Positions 51,094 to 61,700 of a stretch of 64,000 nucleotides of DNA are shown piece after piece. The translations under genes were made by a program, and so were the position numbers. Source of the stretch: Candidatus Latescibacterota bacterium (GTDB lineage: Bacteria; Latescibacterota; UBA2968; UBA8231); NCBI GenBank assembly GCA_965248355.1, contig OZ252098.1, positions 4,288,001 through 4,352,000 of the forward strand, given 5' to 3'. Every line of letters begins with the position of its first letter. Within the stretch, counting starts at the first letter, position 1. Below the pieces are notes generated by a model. It was not told where the DNA came from and did not search any database. It saw only the letters and a list, made by a program, of their open reading frames with translations.

Positions 51094-52203
51094 ATGGCCT
51101 CGATGAACACACCCGCCCTCGTCGCCCTCGCCGACGGGACGACCTTTGCCGGCACCGGGGTCGGCGCCGGGGGCGAGGTCTTCGGCGAGATGGTCTTCAA
51201 CACGAGCATGACCGGGTACCAGGAGATCCTCACAGATCCCTCGTACGCCGGCCAGATGGTGTGCATGACCTATCCTCACATCGGCAACTACGGAGTCAAC
51301 CCCGAGGATGACGAGTCGGCGCGCCCCCACGTGCGCGCCTTCCTGATGAAGGCCTGCTGCCGGCAGCCCTCCAACTACCGCGCTACCGCCAGCCTCGTCG
51401 AGTACCTGCAGGAGCATGGCGTCGTCGGCGTGGAGGGCATCGATACGCGGGAGTTGACCCGCCGCGTGCGGATCCACGGCGCCATGAACGCGGCGGTGAG
51501 CACTCGCGACCTCGACCCGGCAAGCCTTACGGCCAAGGCGCGGGACTGGGAGGGTCTCCTCGGTGTCGACCTGGTGCGGGGCGTGACCTGCGCCGCGCCG
51601 CACGACTGCGAGCCGGACGGTCCGGCGCGGTTCCACGTGGTGGCCTTCGACTACGGCATCAAGCGGAGCATCATCGCCCGGCTTCTGGCCGAGGGTTGCC
51701 GGGTCACCGTGGTGCCCGCCACGACCACCGCCGACGAGGCCCTGGCCTTGGAGCCGGACGGCATCTTCCTGTCAAACGGTCCCGGAGATCCCCGCCCCCT
51801 GCACTACGCTATCGACACCGTCCGCGACCTCGTGGCGCGCGGCGACCGCCCCGTCTTCGGCATCTGCCTGGGACACGAGATCCTCGGGCTCGCCCTGGGC
51901 GCCGAGATCTACAAGCTCAAGTTCGGCCACCGCGGGGCCAACCAGCCCATCCAGGAGGTCGACAGCGGCCGCATCCTCATCACCTCCGAGAACCACGGAT
52001 GGGGCATCCGCGGCGACAGCCTCCCCGACGGCCTGGAGGTCACGCGCCGCAACCTCAACGACGGCTGCGTCGAAGGCATGCACCACCGCGAACTGCCCGT
52101 GTTCTCCATCCAGTGCCACCCGGAAGCCTCTCCGGGCCCGCACGACAGCTACCACCTCTTCGCCTACTTCACCGAGCTGATGTCCCAACGCCGCGCGGCC
52201 TGA
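51094..52203 (+). CDS. carA: Carbamoyl-phosphate synthase small subunit
   Basis: FNTSMTGYQEILTDPSY, SNGPGDP, GICLGH, HPEASPGPHD. Confidence 0.96.
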   Translation: MASMNTPALVALADGTTFAGTGVGAGGEVFGEMVFNTSMTGYQEILTDPSYAGQMVCMTYPHIGNYGVNPEDDESARPHVRAFLMKACCRQPSNYRATASLVEYLQEHGVVGVEGIDTRELTRRVRIHGAMNAAVSTRDLDPASLTAKARDWEGLLGVDLVRGVTCAAPHDCEPDGPARFHVVAFDYGIKRSIIARLLAEGCRVTVVPATTTADEALALEPDGIFLSNGPGDPRPLHYAIDTVRDLVARGDRPVFGICLGHEILGLALGAEIYKLKFGHRGANQPIQEVDSGRILITSENHGWGIRGDSLPDGLEVTRRNLNDGCVEGMHHRELPVFSIQCHPEASPGPHDSYHLFAYFTELMSQRRAA

Positions 52204-52273
52204 TCGGGTCCGGGGCGGTTCGGGAAAGCCGCCGCCCGAAGGCCGCCGCGCTGCCCACCGAAGGAGTCCGTCC

Positions 52274-53320
52274 ATGCCCATCGTCCGGGAAGAAGCCCTG
52301 CGCCCCCTCGCCTTCGAGATCTTCGCCGCCACCGGGATTCCGGAGGAGGACGCCCGCATCGTCGCCGATCATCTCGTCAACAGTCATCTCGCGGGACACG
52401 ACTCGCACGGCACCTGGTTCGTGCCTGCGTACGCCCGCCAGATGCGGAGCCGCTACGCGCCCTGGGATGAACGCGAGGTGATACGCGACACCCCCTGCCT
52501 GACGATCATCGACGGCCGGGGGGCCAACGGCATCGTCGCCGTCACGCGCGCCGTCGACCTGGCGGTGGAGAAGGCCCGCACCGCCACCTTCGGGTTCATC
52601 GGCCTCAACTCGGTCACCCACATCGGCCGGCTCGGCGACTATCCGCCGCGCATCGCGGAGCAGGGCATGATCGGCATGGTGTGGCTCAACGGCGGCGGGC
52701 TGTTCCTGGCTCCCCACGGCAGCGCCGACCGCCGCCTGCGGCCCGAGCCCGTGGCCTTCTCGGCGCCGCGCCGCGACGGGGCGCCCTTCATGCTGGACAT
52801 GACCATGACCGTCGTGGCCGGCGGCAAGATCGAGCAGAAGGTCGTGCGCGGCGAGCCCCTGCCCGACGGGTGGGTGATCGACCAGGACGGCGAGTACGTC
52901 TCCGACGGCGGGCTCTACAAGAGCGACCCTGCCGGCAACGCCGTCCTGCCCCTCGGGGGCCTGCAGTTCGGCCACAAGGGGCACGGCCTGGCGATGATGG
53001 TGGAGATGCTGGTGGGACCCCTGTCCCACGCGGGGTGCACCAAGCAGGACGGCCAGGGCGGCAACGGCGTGATGGTCCTGGCCATCGACATCTCGGCCTT
53101 CACCACCCTCGACGACTACGTGGAGGAGGTCGAGGCCCTCGCCGCCTGGGTGCGCTCGGCACGCCCCCTGCCCGGCTTCTCGCAGGTCTACACCCCCGGC
53201 GAGATCGAGGAGGAGACCCGCATCCGCCGCCGCGCCGAAGGCTTCGAGATCCCCGATGCGACCTGGGTGGAGATCGCCGAGGTCGCCGGGGAGCTGGGTG
53301 TGGAGATGCCGGTCCTCTGA
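52274..53320 (+). CDS. Ldh_2 family (LDH2/MDH2) oxidoreductase
   Basis: GHDSHG, THIGRLG, GHKGHGL, PGEIE. Confidence 0.9.
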   Translation: MPIVREEALRPLAFEIFAATGIPEEDARIVADHLVNSHLAGHDSHGTWFVPAYARQMRSRYAPWDEREVIRDTPCLTIIDGRGANGIVAVTRAVDLAVEKARTATFGFIGLNSVTHIGRLGDYPPRIAEQGMIGMVWLNGGGLFLAPHGSADRRLRPEPVAFSAPRRDGAPFMLDMTMTVVAGGKIEQKVVRGEPLPDGWVIDQDGEYVSDGGLYKSDPAGNAVLPLGGLQFGHKGHGLAMMVEMLVGPLSHAGCTKQDGQGGNGVMVLAIDISAFTTLDDYVEEVEALAAWVRSARPLPGFSQVYTPGEIEEETRIRRRAEGFEIPDATWVEIAEVAGELGVEMPVL

Positions 53321-53326
53321 GGGGTC

Positions 53327-56017
53327 CTACATCGACACGCCGAGCAGGCCCCGGGTGATCTGGAAGTCGGTGACACCGCGCTCCCAGAGCCGGGGGCGGC
53401 GCCGCCTCGCCGCCACCTGCAGCACGAGCTCCAGCAACGCCTCGGCCCACGGGGCTTCCCCTCCCTCCAGGGCGCCGTCGAGATCCTCGCGGAACCGGGT
53501 GATCACGGCCTCGGCGGCGCTCACCTGCAGCATGGGAACCATCGGGTGGCCCTGCACGGGGTGCTCCCCCGCGTGGGCGAGGAGGATCTCCACGCCCGTG
53601 GCGCCCAGCCCCGAGAGAGACTCCGTCCAATGCTCGGTGGGCGCCTCCATGACGTGCAGCCCGGAGCGCACGGGCCTCTGGCCGTGGGCGAGGGTGGGCG
53701 CCGGCGGTCCGGTCAGACCGAGGGCGGCGGTGTAGGCGGGACAGCCGGCGAGGCCGTCCGCCTCCGGCACGACCACGGTGCCGCCGGCGTCGGTGATCCA
53801 GCCGGTGAGCTGGGCGAAGGCCTGGGCGGCGCCGTCGGGGATCGGGCCCGCGGCCAGCAGGCCCAGCCGCAGGTTCGCGAGACCGGCCTCCCTCGGCCGG
53901 GGCGCCGCCATCCCTTCCAGCCGCTGGGCGAACCACTCCTCGACGCGCTCCAGCACCCGCTCGATGCCGCCGTCCAGCTGGACGCTGGCGAACCCGTAAC
54001 GGGCACCGTCCATTCCCGCCTCGTCGAGGGCGGCGCGCATGTAGTCGTTGTGGGTCTTCTCGCAGCCGTGCTCCAGCAACAGGGCGAGGGCCACGGACGG
54101 GTGGGTGAGGTACCCGAGCAAGGTGCGGCGGTAGATCTCCTCGTTGGGTCCGTCCGAGGCGCCGCAGCCCTCGGTGTGCACCAGCGCGGCGAAGCGGGAG
54201 AGGCCCGCCGTCTGTCCCAGCCCGGACGCATTCAGGCGTTCGGCGGCCATGCGCGCCACCTGGCCCGAGCACAGACTCGTGGGCAGGACGAGACCCAGGC
54301 GGTCGACGGCAAGGCCGTCCCCGGTGGCCAGCGCTTCGAAGGAGGCCGGCGGCGCCGCGGTGCCGCGGACAGCCAGCGGTCCCCCGGCGGGCACCGGGGC
54401 CGACTGCAGTTCCGCCAGCCGGCCGGCGTCGGCCTGGGGCCAGTCGCGCCAGATCGACACCTGGGAGTGGCCGGCCTGCTCTCCCTTGGAGCGGCGTCCG
54501 CAGGCGACCTCGAGGGTGAGATCGAAGAGGGCCCGCCCCAGCGCATCCATGGAAGTGCCGTCCTGGTAGGCGCCGGCGTTGACATCCATGTCCTCTTCGA
54601 GCAGCTCGAAACGCGGCGTGGTGGTGACGATCTTCACCGTCGGCACGAAGGGGAAGTTGGTGATCGAGCCGTTGCCGGTGACGAAGTAGATCAGGTTGCA
54701 TCCGGAGGCCACCTGCCCGGCGATCGACTCCAGGTCGTTGCCCGGCGAGTCCATGAAGTAGAAGCCGCCGCCGGGGATCGGCTCCGAGTACTCGAGGCAG
54801 CCCTCGAGAGGCACCTCGGGATGGCGCTTCATGGCCGCGCCGATCGACTTCAGCACGATGTTGTAGAGTCCGCGGTACTTGTTGCCGCCCGATGGATTGC
54901 CTTCGGCCGACTGGCCGTGCCAGGCGACGCGCTCCTTGAAGCGGCGCACCATCTCCAGGAAGCGCTGGGCCGTGGCCGTATCGCGTACCTGGTCCAGCAC
55001 GTAGGGCTCCGCCCCGATGAGCTCGTCCGTCTCGGCCAGGTTCGCGGCCCCCCCGGCGCGGATCAGCTCGCGCGCCGCCCAGGCCGCCAGGGGATTGCCG
55101 GAGACGCCGGAGAAGGCGTCGGAGCCGCCGCACTGCAGGGCCAGCCGCAGCCGGGAGGCCGGCAGCTCGACCCGCCGGTCCTGAGACAGGGCCTCGGCCC
55201 AGCCCCGCGCCAGCCGCTCCCCTTCGTCGAGGAAGCGGTCGAAGCCGCCTTCGAGGGAGAGGAACCGGTGCGGCATCTCGTGGATGGGGCGGTCCTCGCT
55301 GCGCAGGTATCCGGCCAGCAACTGGTTGGGCACCGCCTCGGTGCCGTAGTCCACGGCGAGCAGGGCTCCCACGTTGGGGTGGACGGCGAAGCCGGCCAGG
55401 GTGCGCAACAGCAGCTCGCGGTTGTTTGGCGCCTGCGCGCTGCCGCCCTCGGTATGCGCCACGGCGACCACGCCGTCGAATCCTCCGGAGGCGGGCGTTC
55501 CCGCGAGGCGCTGCGCGAGCAGGCGCGCATAGGCTGCGGTGCGCGAGGTCGTGCCCAGGACGACGACGTAGTTGCGCGTCCCCGCGCCGCGGGTCCCCCG
55601 GTCGAAGCCCCGGAAGGTCGGCGGATCGGGGTTCGGGGGCAGAGCCCCGGCGGGCTCGAAGGTGGCCTCGTCGAGGATGTAGGGGGTGATCCGGTCCTCG
55701 AAGTTGGGCTTCGTGGGCAGCTCGAAGTCGATGCGGCGGCCCTCCAGGGCCTCGAGCATCCCGGCGTTGCACACGTAGTCGCCGGGAGCGATGGCGCGCG
55801 AGGCGGCGCCGAAGGGCAGGCCCCAGGACAGCAGCTCCCGCCCCTCCGGGATCGGCGCCACGGCGAAGCGGTGGCCCTCCATGACCGTGTGGGAGAGGGT
55901 GATTTCCCCCTCCGGGGTGCGCACCCTGGTGCCGGCTTCGAGGCGCCGCGTGGCGATGCCCACGTTGTCGCCCGGGGCGGGAAGGCGGGCGACCTGGGCG
56001 AACTCGAAGGTACTCAC
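53327..56017 (-). CDS. UxaA/GarD-family sugar-acid dehydratase with SAF domain and a duplicated second module
   Basis: DNVGIA SAF domain, HTEGG, QCGGSDAFSG, GNPSGGN, FVTGNGS; second HTEGCG/HGCEK module. Confidence 0.85.
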   Translation of the reverse strand: MSTFEFAQVARLPAPGDNVGIATRRLEAGTRVRTPEGEITLSHTVMEGHRFAVAPIPEGRELLSWGLPFGAASRAIAPGDYVCNAGMLEALEGRRIDFELPTKPNFEDRITPYILDEATFEPAGALPPNPDPPTFRGFDRGTRGAGTRNYVVVLGTTSRTAAYARLLAQRLAGTPASGGFDGVVAVAHTEGGSAQAPNNRELLLRTLAGFAVHPNVGALLAVDYGTEAVPNQLLAGYLRSEDRPIHEMPHRFLSLEGGFDRFLDEGERLARGWAEALSQDRRVELPASRLRLALQCGGSDAFSGVSGNPLAAWAARELIRAGGAANLAETDELIGAEPYVLDQVRDTATAQRFLEMVRRFKERVAWHGQSAEGNPSGGNKYRGLYNIVLKSIGAAMKRHPEVPLEGCLEYSEPIPGGGFYFMDSPGNDLESIAGQVASGCNLIYFVTGNGSITNFPFVPTVKIVTTTPRFELLEEDMDVNAGAYQDGTSMDALGRALFDLTLEVACGRRSKGEQAGHSQVSIWRDWPQADAGRLAELQSAPVPAGGPLAVRGTAAPPASFEALATGDGLAVDRLGLVLPTSLCSGQVARMAAERLNASGLGQTAGLSRFAALVHTEGCGASDGPNEEIYRRTLLGYLTHPSVALALLLEHGCEKTHNDYMRAALDEAGMDGARYGFASVQLDGGIERVLERVEEWFAQRLEGMAAPRPREAGLANLRLGLLAAGPIPDGAAQAFAQLTGWITDAGGTVVVPEADGLAGCPAYTAALGLTGPPAPTLAHGQRPVRSGLHVMEAPTEHWTESLSGLGATGVEILLAHAGEHPVQGHPMVPMLQVSAAEAVITRFREDLDGALEGGEAPWAEALLELVLQVAARRRRPRLWERGVTDFQITRGLLGVSM

Positions 56018-57258
56018 GGGCGCCGGCCGTCGAAGAGGCGGAAGTTGTCCTCGTCGATCCGCGACGCCTGGTGGGCGAGCACGGCATCGGCCACCTCGAT
56101 GGCCATCCTCGACTCGAGGGTGACCCCGGCGCGCACCCCCACGCACGGATCGTGGCGCCCCTTGCGAAGCACGAAGTCGATCTCCCGCAGGTCCTTGCGC
56201 ACCGAAGCCTGGGGCCGCGCGATGGTCGCCGTGGGCTTGAAGCCGACCCGGAAGACCAGGGGGCTGCCGGTGGTGATCCCGCCGATGAGGCCGCCGTGAT
56301 GGTTCGTCTGGTAGCCGTCCGACCGGATGGGATCGTTGTTGCCGCTGCCCCGGCGTTCCACCACCTCACGTCCCGAGCCCATCTCGCACGACTGGACGGC
56401 GTGCAGTCCGCCCAGAGAGCCCATGAGGCGCAGCTTCAGACTGTCGTAGAGGGGCTCTCCGATGAGGGGGGGCACGTTGACGGCCACGACTTCCAGGGCG
56501 GCGCCCACCGAGTCGCCCTCCTTGCGGGCGGCCTCGATCAGGCGCGCGGCCTCGGCGGCGAAGCCGGCGTCGAAGGCGCGCAGCTCCGGCTCCTCGAGAC
56601 GCGCCTCCAGGGCCGTCACCTCGTCCGCGGTGAGGCGGCCGTCTCCGACCGCGTCGGACAACCGCTCGCCGCTCTCGATCCCGCCTACCTGGCAGATGGA
56701 GCTGAAGAAGGCGCTTCCGAAGCGCTCGGCGAGGAGCCGCCCCGCCACCGCGCCGCCGATGACGTCGGAGATCGTCGACCGGTAGCTGGACCGGCCGCCG
56801 CCGCGGGGATCGGCGTGGCCCCGGGACTTGTGGTGCTTCACGAGGTCGGTGTGGCCCGGCCGCACGTCTCCCGCCGGGCCGAGGAACTGGGCGTAGTCGG
56901 CGGAGCGCTTGGCCGCCGACAGGACGATGGCGGCGATCGGCTCGCCCGTGGTGACGCCGCGCTCGTATCCCGGGGTGCGGATCTCCTCGTCGCCGACGCG
57001 GGTGGCCACCTCGGCGCCGCCGAGCAGGGCCTCGTGATCCTCGTCGTAGAGGCCGGACAGCAGCACGACCTTGTCCCCCTCGCGCCGGGGCGTGCCGAGC
57101 TTGTTGCTGCCCGGCCGCCGGCGATCGAGCAGGCGCTGGATTCCGGCGCGGCACAGGGGGATGCCCGCCGGACACCCGAAGACGATGGTGGTGATGCCGG
57201 GTCCGTGAGACTCGCCGGCGCCGGCGACGGCGAACTGTGCTCCCCCGAGGATTTCCAC
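56014..57258 (-). CDS. aroC: Chorismate synthase
   Basis: GESHG, RRRPG, RPGHTD, GGGRSSYR, GFKPT, GRHDPC. Confidence 0.92.
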   Translation of the reverse strand: MEILGGAQFAVAGAGESHGPGITTIVFGCPAGIPLCRAGIQRLLDRRRPGSNKLGTPRREGDKVVLLSGLYDEDHEALLGGAEVATRVGDEEIRTPGYERGVTTGEPIAAIVLSAAKRSADYAQFLGPAGDVRPGHTDLVKHHKSRGHADPRGGGRSSYRSTISDVIGGAVAGRLLAERFGSAFFSSICQVGGIESGERLSDAVGDGRLTADEVTALEARLEEPELRAFDAGFAAEAARLIEAARKEGDSVGAALEVVAVNVPPLIGEPLYDSLKLRLMGSLGGLHAVQSCEMGSGREVVERRGSGNNDPIRSDGYQTNHHGGLIGGITTGSPLVFRVGFKPTATIARPQASVRKDLREIDFVLRKGRHDPCVGVRAGVTLESRMAIEVADAVLAHQASRIDEDNFRLFDGRRP

Positions 57259-57414
57259 TTGTCTGCTCTCAACGACGGTGGTGGTCGGCGCGCAACGGCT
57301 GCGCGCCCCCGTCAATCTATCCCCAAGAGCCCTCCCTGGCAATGAGGAGGATTTGCGTAAGTTCCGTTTCTATCAATGGGTTACAAGGCCTCGGGCGGGA
57401 CTGGCGCCGCCGGT

Positions 57415-58791
57415 TCAGGGCACGGACTCTCCCGTGAGCCTCTCCAGGTCGGCCTTGGCCAGGGCCAGGTCGTAGCGCGTGTTGACGCGGTTGTTGCGCG
57501 CCGAGGTGAGACCGACCTGGGCGTCCAGCACCTCCAGGAGCCGGCCCTTGCCCACCCGGTAGCGCTCTTCGGCGAGGCGCAGGTCCTCGGTGGCCAGCTC
57601 GGTCGTGCGCCGGGCGATCCGCAGGATGCGCCCGAGGCGCACGAGCTCCAGGTAGGTCGTCTCCACGGAGAGGGCCAGGTCGCGCTCCTGCTGCTCCAGG
57701 CTCAGGCGCGCCGACTCCAGGCTGGAGCGGGCCCGGTCCACGTCGGCGCTGCGCAGGCCGCCGTCGAAGAGCTGGTAGGTCAGGCTGAGGCTCCCGTTGA
57801 GACGGTAGTTCTGATCCAGGTCCCCGTAGACCCGTTCGAGGATCTCGTTGTTGCGGCTGTAGCTGAGGTTGCCCGACAGCCGCGGATGCCAGGCCGCCCG
57901 CCGGGCCTTGAGGTTCATCTCCGCCGCCGACCGGGTCCGCCGAACCCGCTCGATCCCCGGGTTGGACTTCCTGGCCCGGGCTTCGAGCTCACCCATGGCC
58001 GCGGGCTCCGCCGTCTCCGGAGGCAGGGCCGATTCCCCGGCCAGGGCCACGGTCTCCAGCGGCGCCCCGAGCCCCCGCCCCAGAACGTGGTTCAGCGAGG
58101 CCCGCGCCAGCTGCACCTGCTGCTCGGCGTTGATCAGGTCGGCCCGGGCGTTGTCGGCCGCCACCTGCAGGCGCAGCACGTCGACCCGGGTGCCGGCCCC
58201 CACCTCGAGGCGGATCTCGGCCTCCTCCTGCCGTTTCAGGCTCAGCTCGAGGGCCTCCCCCTGCACCTCCACGAGCTCCTGCGCCTTGAGCAGGGCATAG
58301 TAGCGCTGCTTCACCTGGAAGACGACGCCGGCCCGGCCGGAGCGCAGGCCGAGCTCGGAGGCGGTCAGCGACTCCCGGGCCCCGCGGTGCGACCAGCGCC
58401 GGGCGCCGCCGTCATAGAGGGTGTGGCCGACCCCCGCGCTGACGGAGTAGGAGTTGCGGTCGATGCCCGGGATCCGCGTCCGCTCCTCGGCGAAGAGGCG
58501 CTCCCCCGTCTCCGGGTCGATCTCCCCCGTGGGGTTCTCCTGGATGCGCAGGGACGGCCCGGTGCGCGAGCGCCCGAGATTCATCAGGGTCGTGCTCAGC
58601 GACGGCAGGCGCTGGGCCCTCGCGGAGGCGACGTCGGCCTGCGAGCGCAGGACCTGCTGCTCGGCCTGCAGGACCTGGGTGTTGTTGTCCAGGGCGCGGT
58701 CGATGCACTGCTGGAGGGAGAGCCTCTCGGCGGGCAGCGCCGTGGCCGCGGCGAGGAGCAGGGCGGCGGCTGCGGGCGGGATTCGGTTCAT
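57415..58791 (-). CDS. TolC-family outer membrane efflux protein
   Basis: Signal peptide; two OEP repeats (RLEVGAG..VDVL; RYRVGKG..LEVLDAQ). Confidence 0.9.
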   Translation of the reverse strand: MNRIPPAAAALLLAAATALPAERLSLQQCIDRALDNNTQVLQAEQQVLRSQADVASARAQRLPSLSTTLMNLGRSRTGPSLRIQENPTGEIDPETGERLFAEERTRIPGIDRNSYSVSAGVGHTLYDGGARRWSHRGARESLTASELGLRSGRAGVVFQVKQRYYALLKAQELVEVQGEALELSLKRQEEAEIRLEVGAGTRVDVLRLQVAADNARADLINAEQQVQLARASLNHVLGRGLGAPLETVALAGESALPPETAEPAAMGELEARARKSNPGIERVRRTRSAAEMNLKARRAAWHPRLSGNLSYSRNNEILERVYGDLDQNYRLNGSLSLTYQLFDGGLRSADVDRARSSLESARLSLEQQERDLALSVETTYLELVRLGRILRIARRTTELATEDLRLAEERYRVGKGRLLEVLDAQVGLTSARNNRVNTRYDLALAKADLERLTGESVP

Positions 58792-61700
58792 GGATTGCGT
58801 GGCTCCGGGGTGAGGTTGGAGGAGCGCGCGACGCGGCGCGCCCAGAGGCTCAGGTCGTCGAGCAGCGAGTAGAGGGTGGGCGCCAGCAGCAGGGTCAGCA
58901 GGGTCGAGGTGGCCAACCCGCTGACCACCACCAGGCCGATGGGCCCCCAGCGCCTGGAGAAGCCCTCCGCCGTGCCGTAGACCATGGGCAGCACGAGGGG
59001 CATGAGGTTGAGGATCGTCGTGCCCGCCGTCATCAGGATCGGCCGCATCCGGTTCTGCCCGCCCCGCAGGATCGCCGCCCGCCGGGGCATCCCCTCGCGG
59101 CGGTACTGGTTGACGTGGTCGATGAGGACGATGCCGTTGTTGACGACGATGCCGAAGAGGATCAGCAGGCCGAGCATGGCGTTGGGGTCGAAGGCGACGT
59201 CGAGGCCCCACAGGGCGGCGGAGACGCCGATCATCGAGAAGGGGATGGCGAACATGATGGTGAAGGGGTGGACCAGGGACTCGAAGAGGGAGGCCATGAT
59301 CAGGTAGATCAGGAGGACGGCGAAGAGCAGGGTGAAGAGGTTGCTCTCCGTGTCCTGCGCCTCCCAGCGGGCGGCGCGGCCGAGCTGCCAGGAGTACCCC
59401 GGCGGCAGGGCCATCTCAGCCATCATCGCCTGCACCTGCGGGTTGAGCTCGGACGCCAACTGGCGGCTGGCGGTGTTGGCGAAGACGTTCAGCGTCTGCT
59501 GGCGGTCCTCCCGCTGCAGGCTCCGCGGGGCTTCGGCGTGGGTGAAGTCGGCCAGGGCGGCCAGCTGCACCGGCGTCCCGTCGCGGCCCTCGAAGGCCGT
59601 GTTCTTCAACTGCTCGAGGTTGGCGCGGTCCGCCTCTTCCAACTGCAGGACCACGCCGATCTCGCGCTCCGGCGCCTTGAAGCTGGTCGTGCGCCGCGTC
59701 CCCAGGGCCGTGGAGATGGTGGAGGCCACCTCCCGCGGCGACAGGCCGTAGCCGAGGGCCTGCTCGCGGTCGACGGAGACCTGGATCTCCTCCTCCCCCT
59801 CCTGCAGGTCGGTGTCAACGCTGGTGACGCCGGGCAGTTGGGCGAGCCTCGCCTGCACGTCCTCGGCCAGTACCGCCAGCACCGCCGGGTCGATCCCCTT
59901 CAGCTGCACCTCGACGCCGAGGAGGTTGCCTGCCCAGCTGCGCGTCCTCCCCATCTTGTAGGTGACGCCCACCACCTCCGGCAGCCGCCCGCGGATCGCC
60001 TGCTGCGCCTCCATCGTCGTCAGCCGCCCCTCGTCGGCGTCGACGAGCCGCGCCCGGAGGCGGCTGTTGCGCTGCCGGATCCGCGTCGACAGGGTCTCCA
60101 GGTCCAGCTCTCCGGCGTGGGCCAGCAGGTCCTGCTCGATGCGGCCCATGAGGGCGTCCACCTCCTCGAGGCTGAAGCTGCGCTCGGTCTCCACGGTGAT
60201 GTCGACGCGGCGCTCGGAGGGCCAGCGCATGCCCTGCTGCTCCATGCTGAGGAACATCCACACGCCGCCCCCCATCATGGCCAGGGCCACGGCCAGGGTC
60301 ACCGCCCGGTGATCGAGGGTCCAGTCCAGCAGCCGTACGTAGGAGGCGCGCATGCCGTGGCGCCGGAAGTGCCGCAAGAGGGCGGCCAGCGCCAGCAGGA
60401 CGGCGCCGAGGACCGCCGCCGTGGTCCACTCCATGTCGAGGGTGGTCTGCAGGACCCGGGCGCCCGTGGTCCGCCCCCAGCCCGCCAGGCCCTCCCAGCC
60501 GATGGTCCCGGCCTTCCACCCGAGGCCTGCCAGCAGGATGGCGGCGACGGCGATCTTGAGCCGCCGGTCGTGGCGGGCGGCCCCCGGCCGGAACAGCCGC
60601 GACGCGGCCAGGGGGATGACGGCCAGCGACACGATGGTGGAGACGCCCACGGCCAGACAGATGGTCAGGCCCGCGTCGCCCATGAAGCGCACGATGCGGG
60701 AGGAACCGGAGCCGAGGAAGAAGAAGGGGATGAAGACGCACATCGTGGTCAGCGCCGAGGCCAGGACGGCCATGCCCACCTCGCCGGTGCCGGATACGGC
60801 CGCCTCCACGGGCCCGGCGCCTTCCTCCTCGCGCCGCCGGAAGATCGACTCGAGGGTGACCACCGCCGGGTCGACGAGCATGCCCACGGCCAGCATGAGC
60901 CCCACCATGGAGACCATGTTCAGGGTGATGGCCGAGTCGAAGAGCTCGCGGGCCACGTAGATCCCGGTGAAGACGCAGCAGACCGAGGCGGGGATGGCGA
61001 TGGCGATGGCGATGGTGCTGCGGATGCTGCGCAGGAAGAGGAAGATGATGACCACCGCCAGCAGGCTGCCCAGCAGGGCCGTGTCCTTGAGCTTGGTCAG
61101 CTCCGCCAGGATCTGGTCCGCCCGGTCGCGGGTGATGTTGATGTCGAGCAGGTCCCCGTACCCGTCGACGATGCTCTCGAGGGCGGCGCGCACCTCCAGG
61201 GCGACGTCCACGGTGTTGTCCGTGGCGACCTTGTAGATCTCCACCTCCACGGCCTCCCGGCCGTTGAGGCGTTCGAAGGACCTGCGCTCCGGGTACTCGT
61301 AGCGCACCTCGCCGAGGTCGCTCAGGCGCAGGTTCCGTCCGGCCAGGGGCAGGTCGCCGATCTCGGCGGCCTCCCGGAACTCGCCCCGGACCCGGGCCAG
61401 GTAGCGGCGCCCGGCCTGATCGACGCGCCCCAGGGAGACGTCGAGGTTGCCGGCCCGCAGCTGGCCGGCGAGGAAGGGAAGGGAGACGTCGTGGGCCTGC
61501 AGGCGCTGCTGGTCCAGCTCGATGATCAGCTGCTTCTCCTGGAGGCCGTCGACTTCGACGTTGGCGACGCCGTCGATGCGCAGCACCCGCGGCTCGACGA
61601 CATCCCGCACGATGTCGAAGAGGCGGTCGTCGTCGCCCTTCCAGGCCAGGTCGGCCTCGATGACCGGATAGGCCTCGTTGTTCCAGCGGAAGAGGGAGAC

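Noticed and set aside
51094..52203. carA without carB (likewise prpBC without prpD)
   Set aside because: Split operons are common, and the partner genes may lie outside the window
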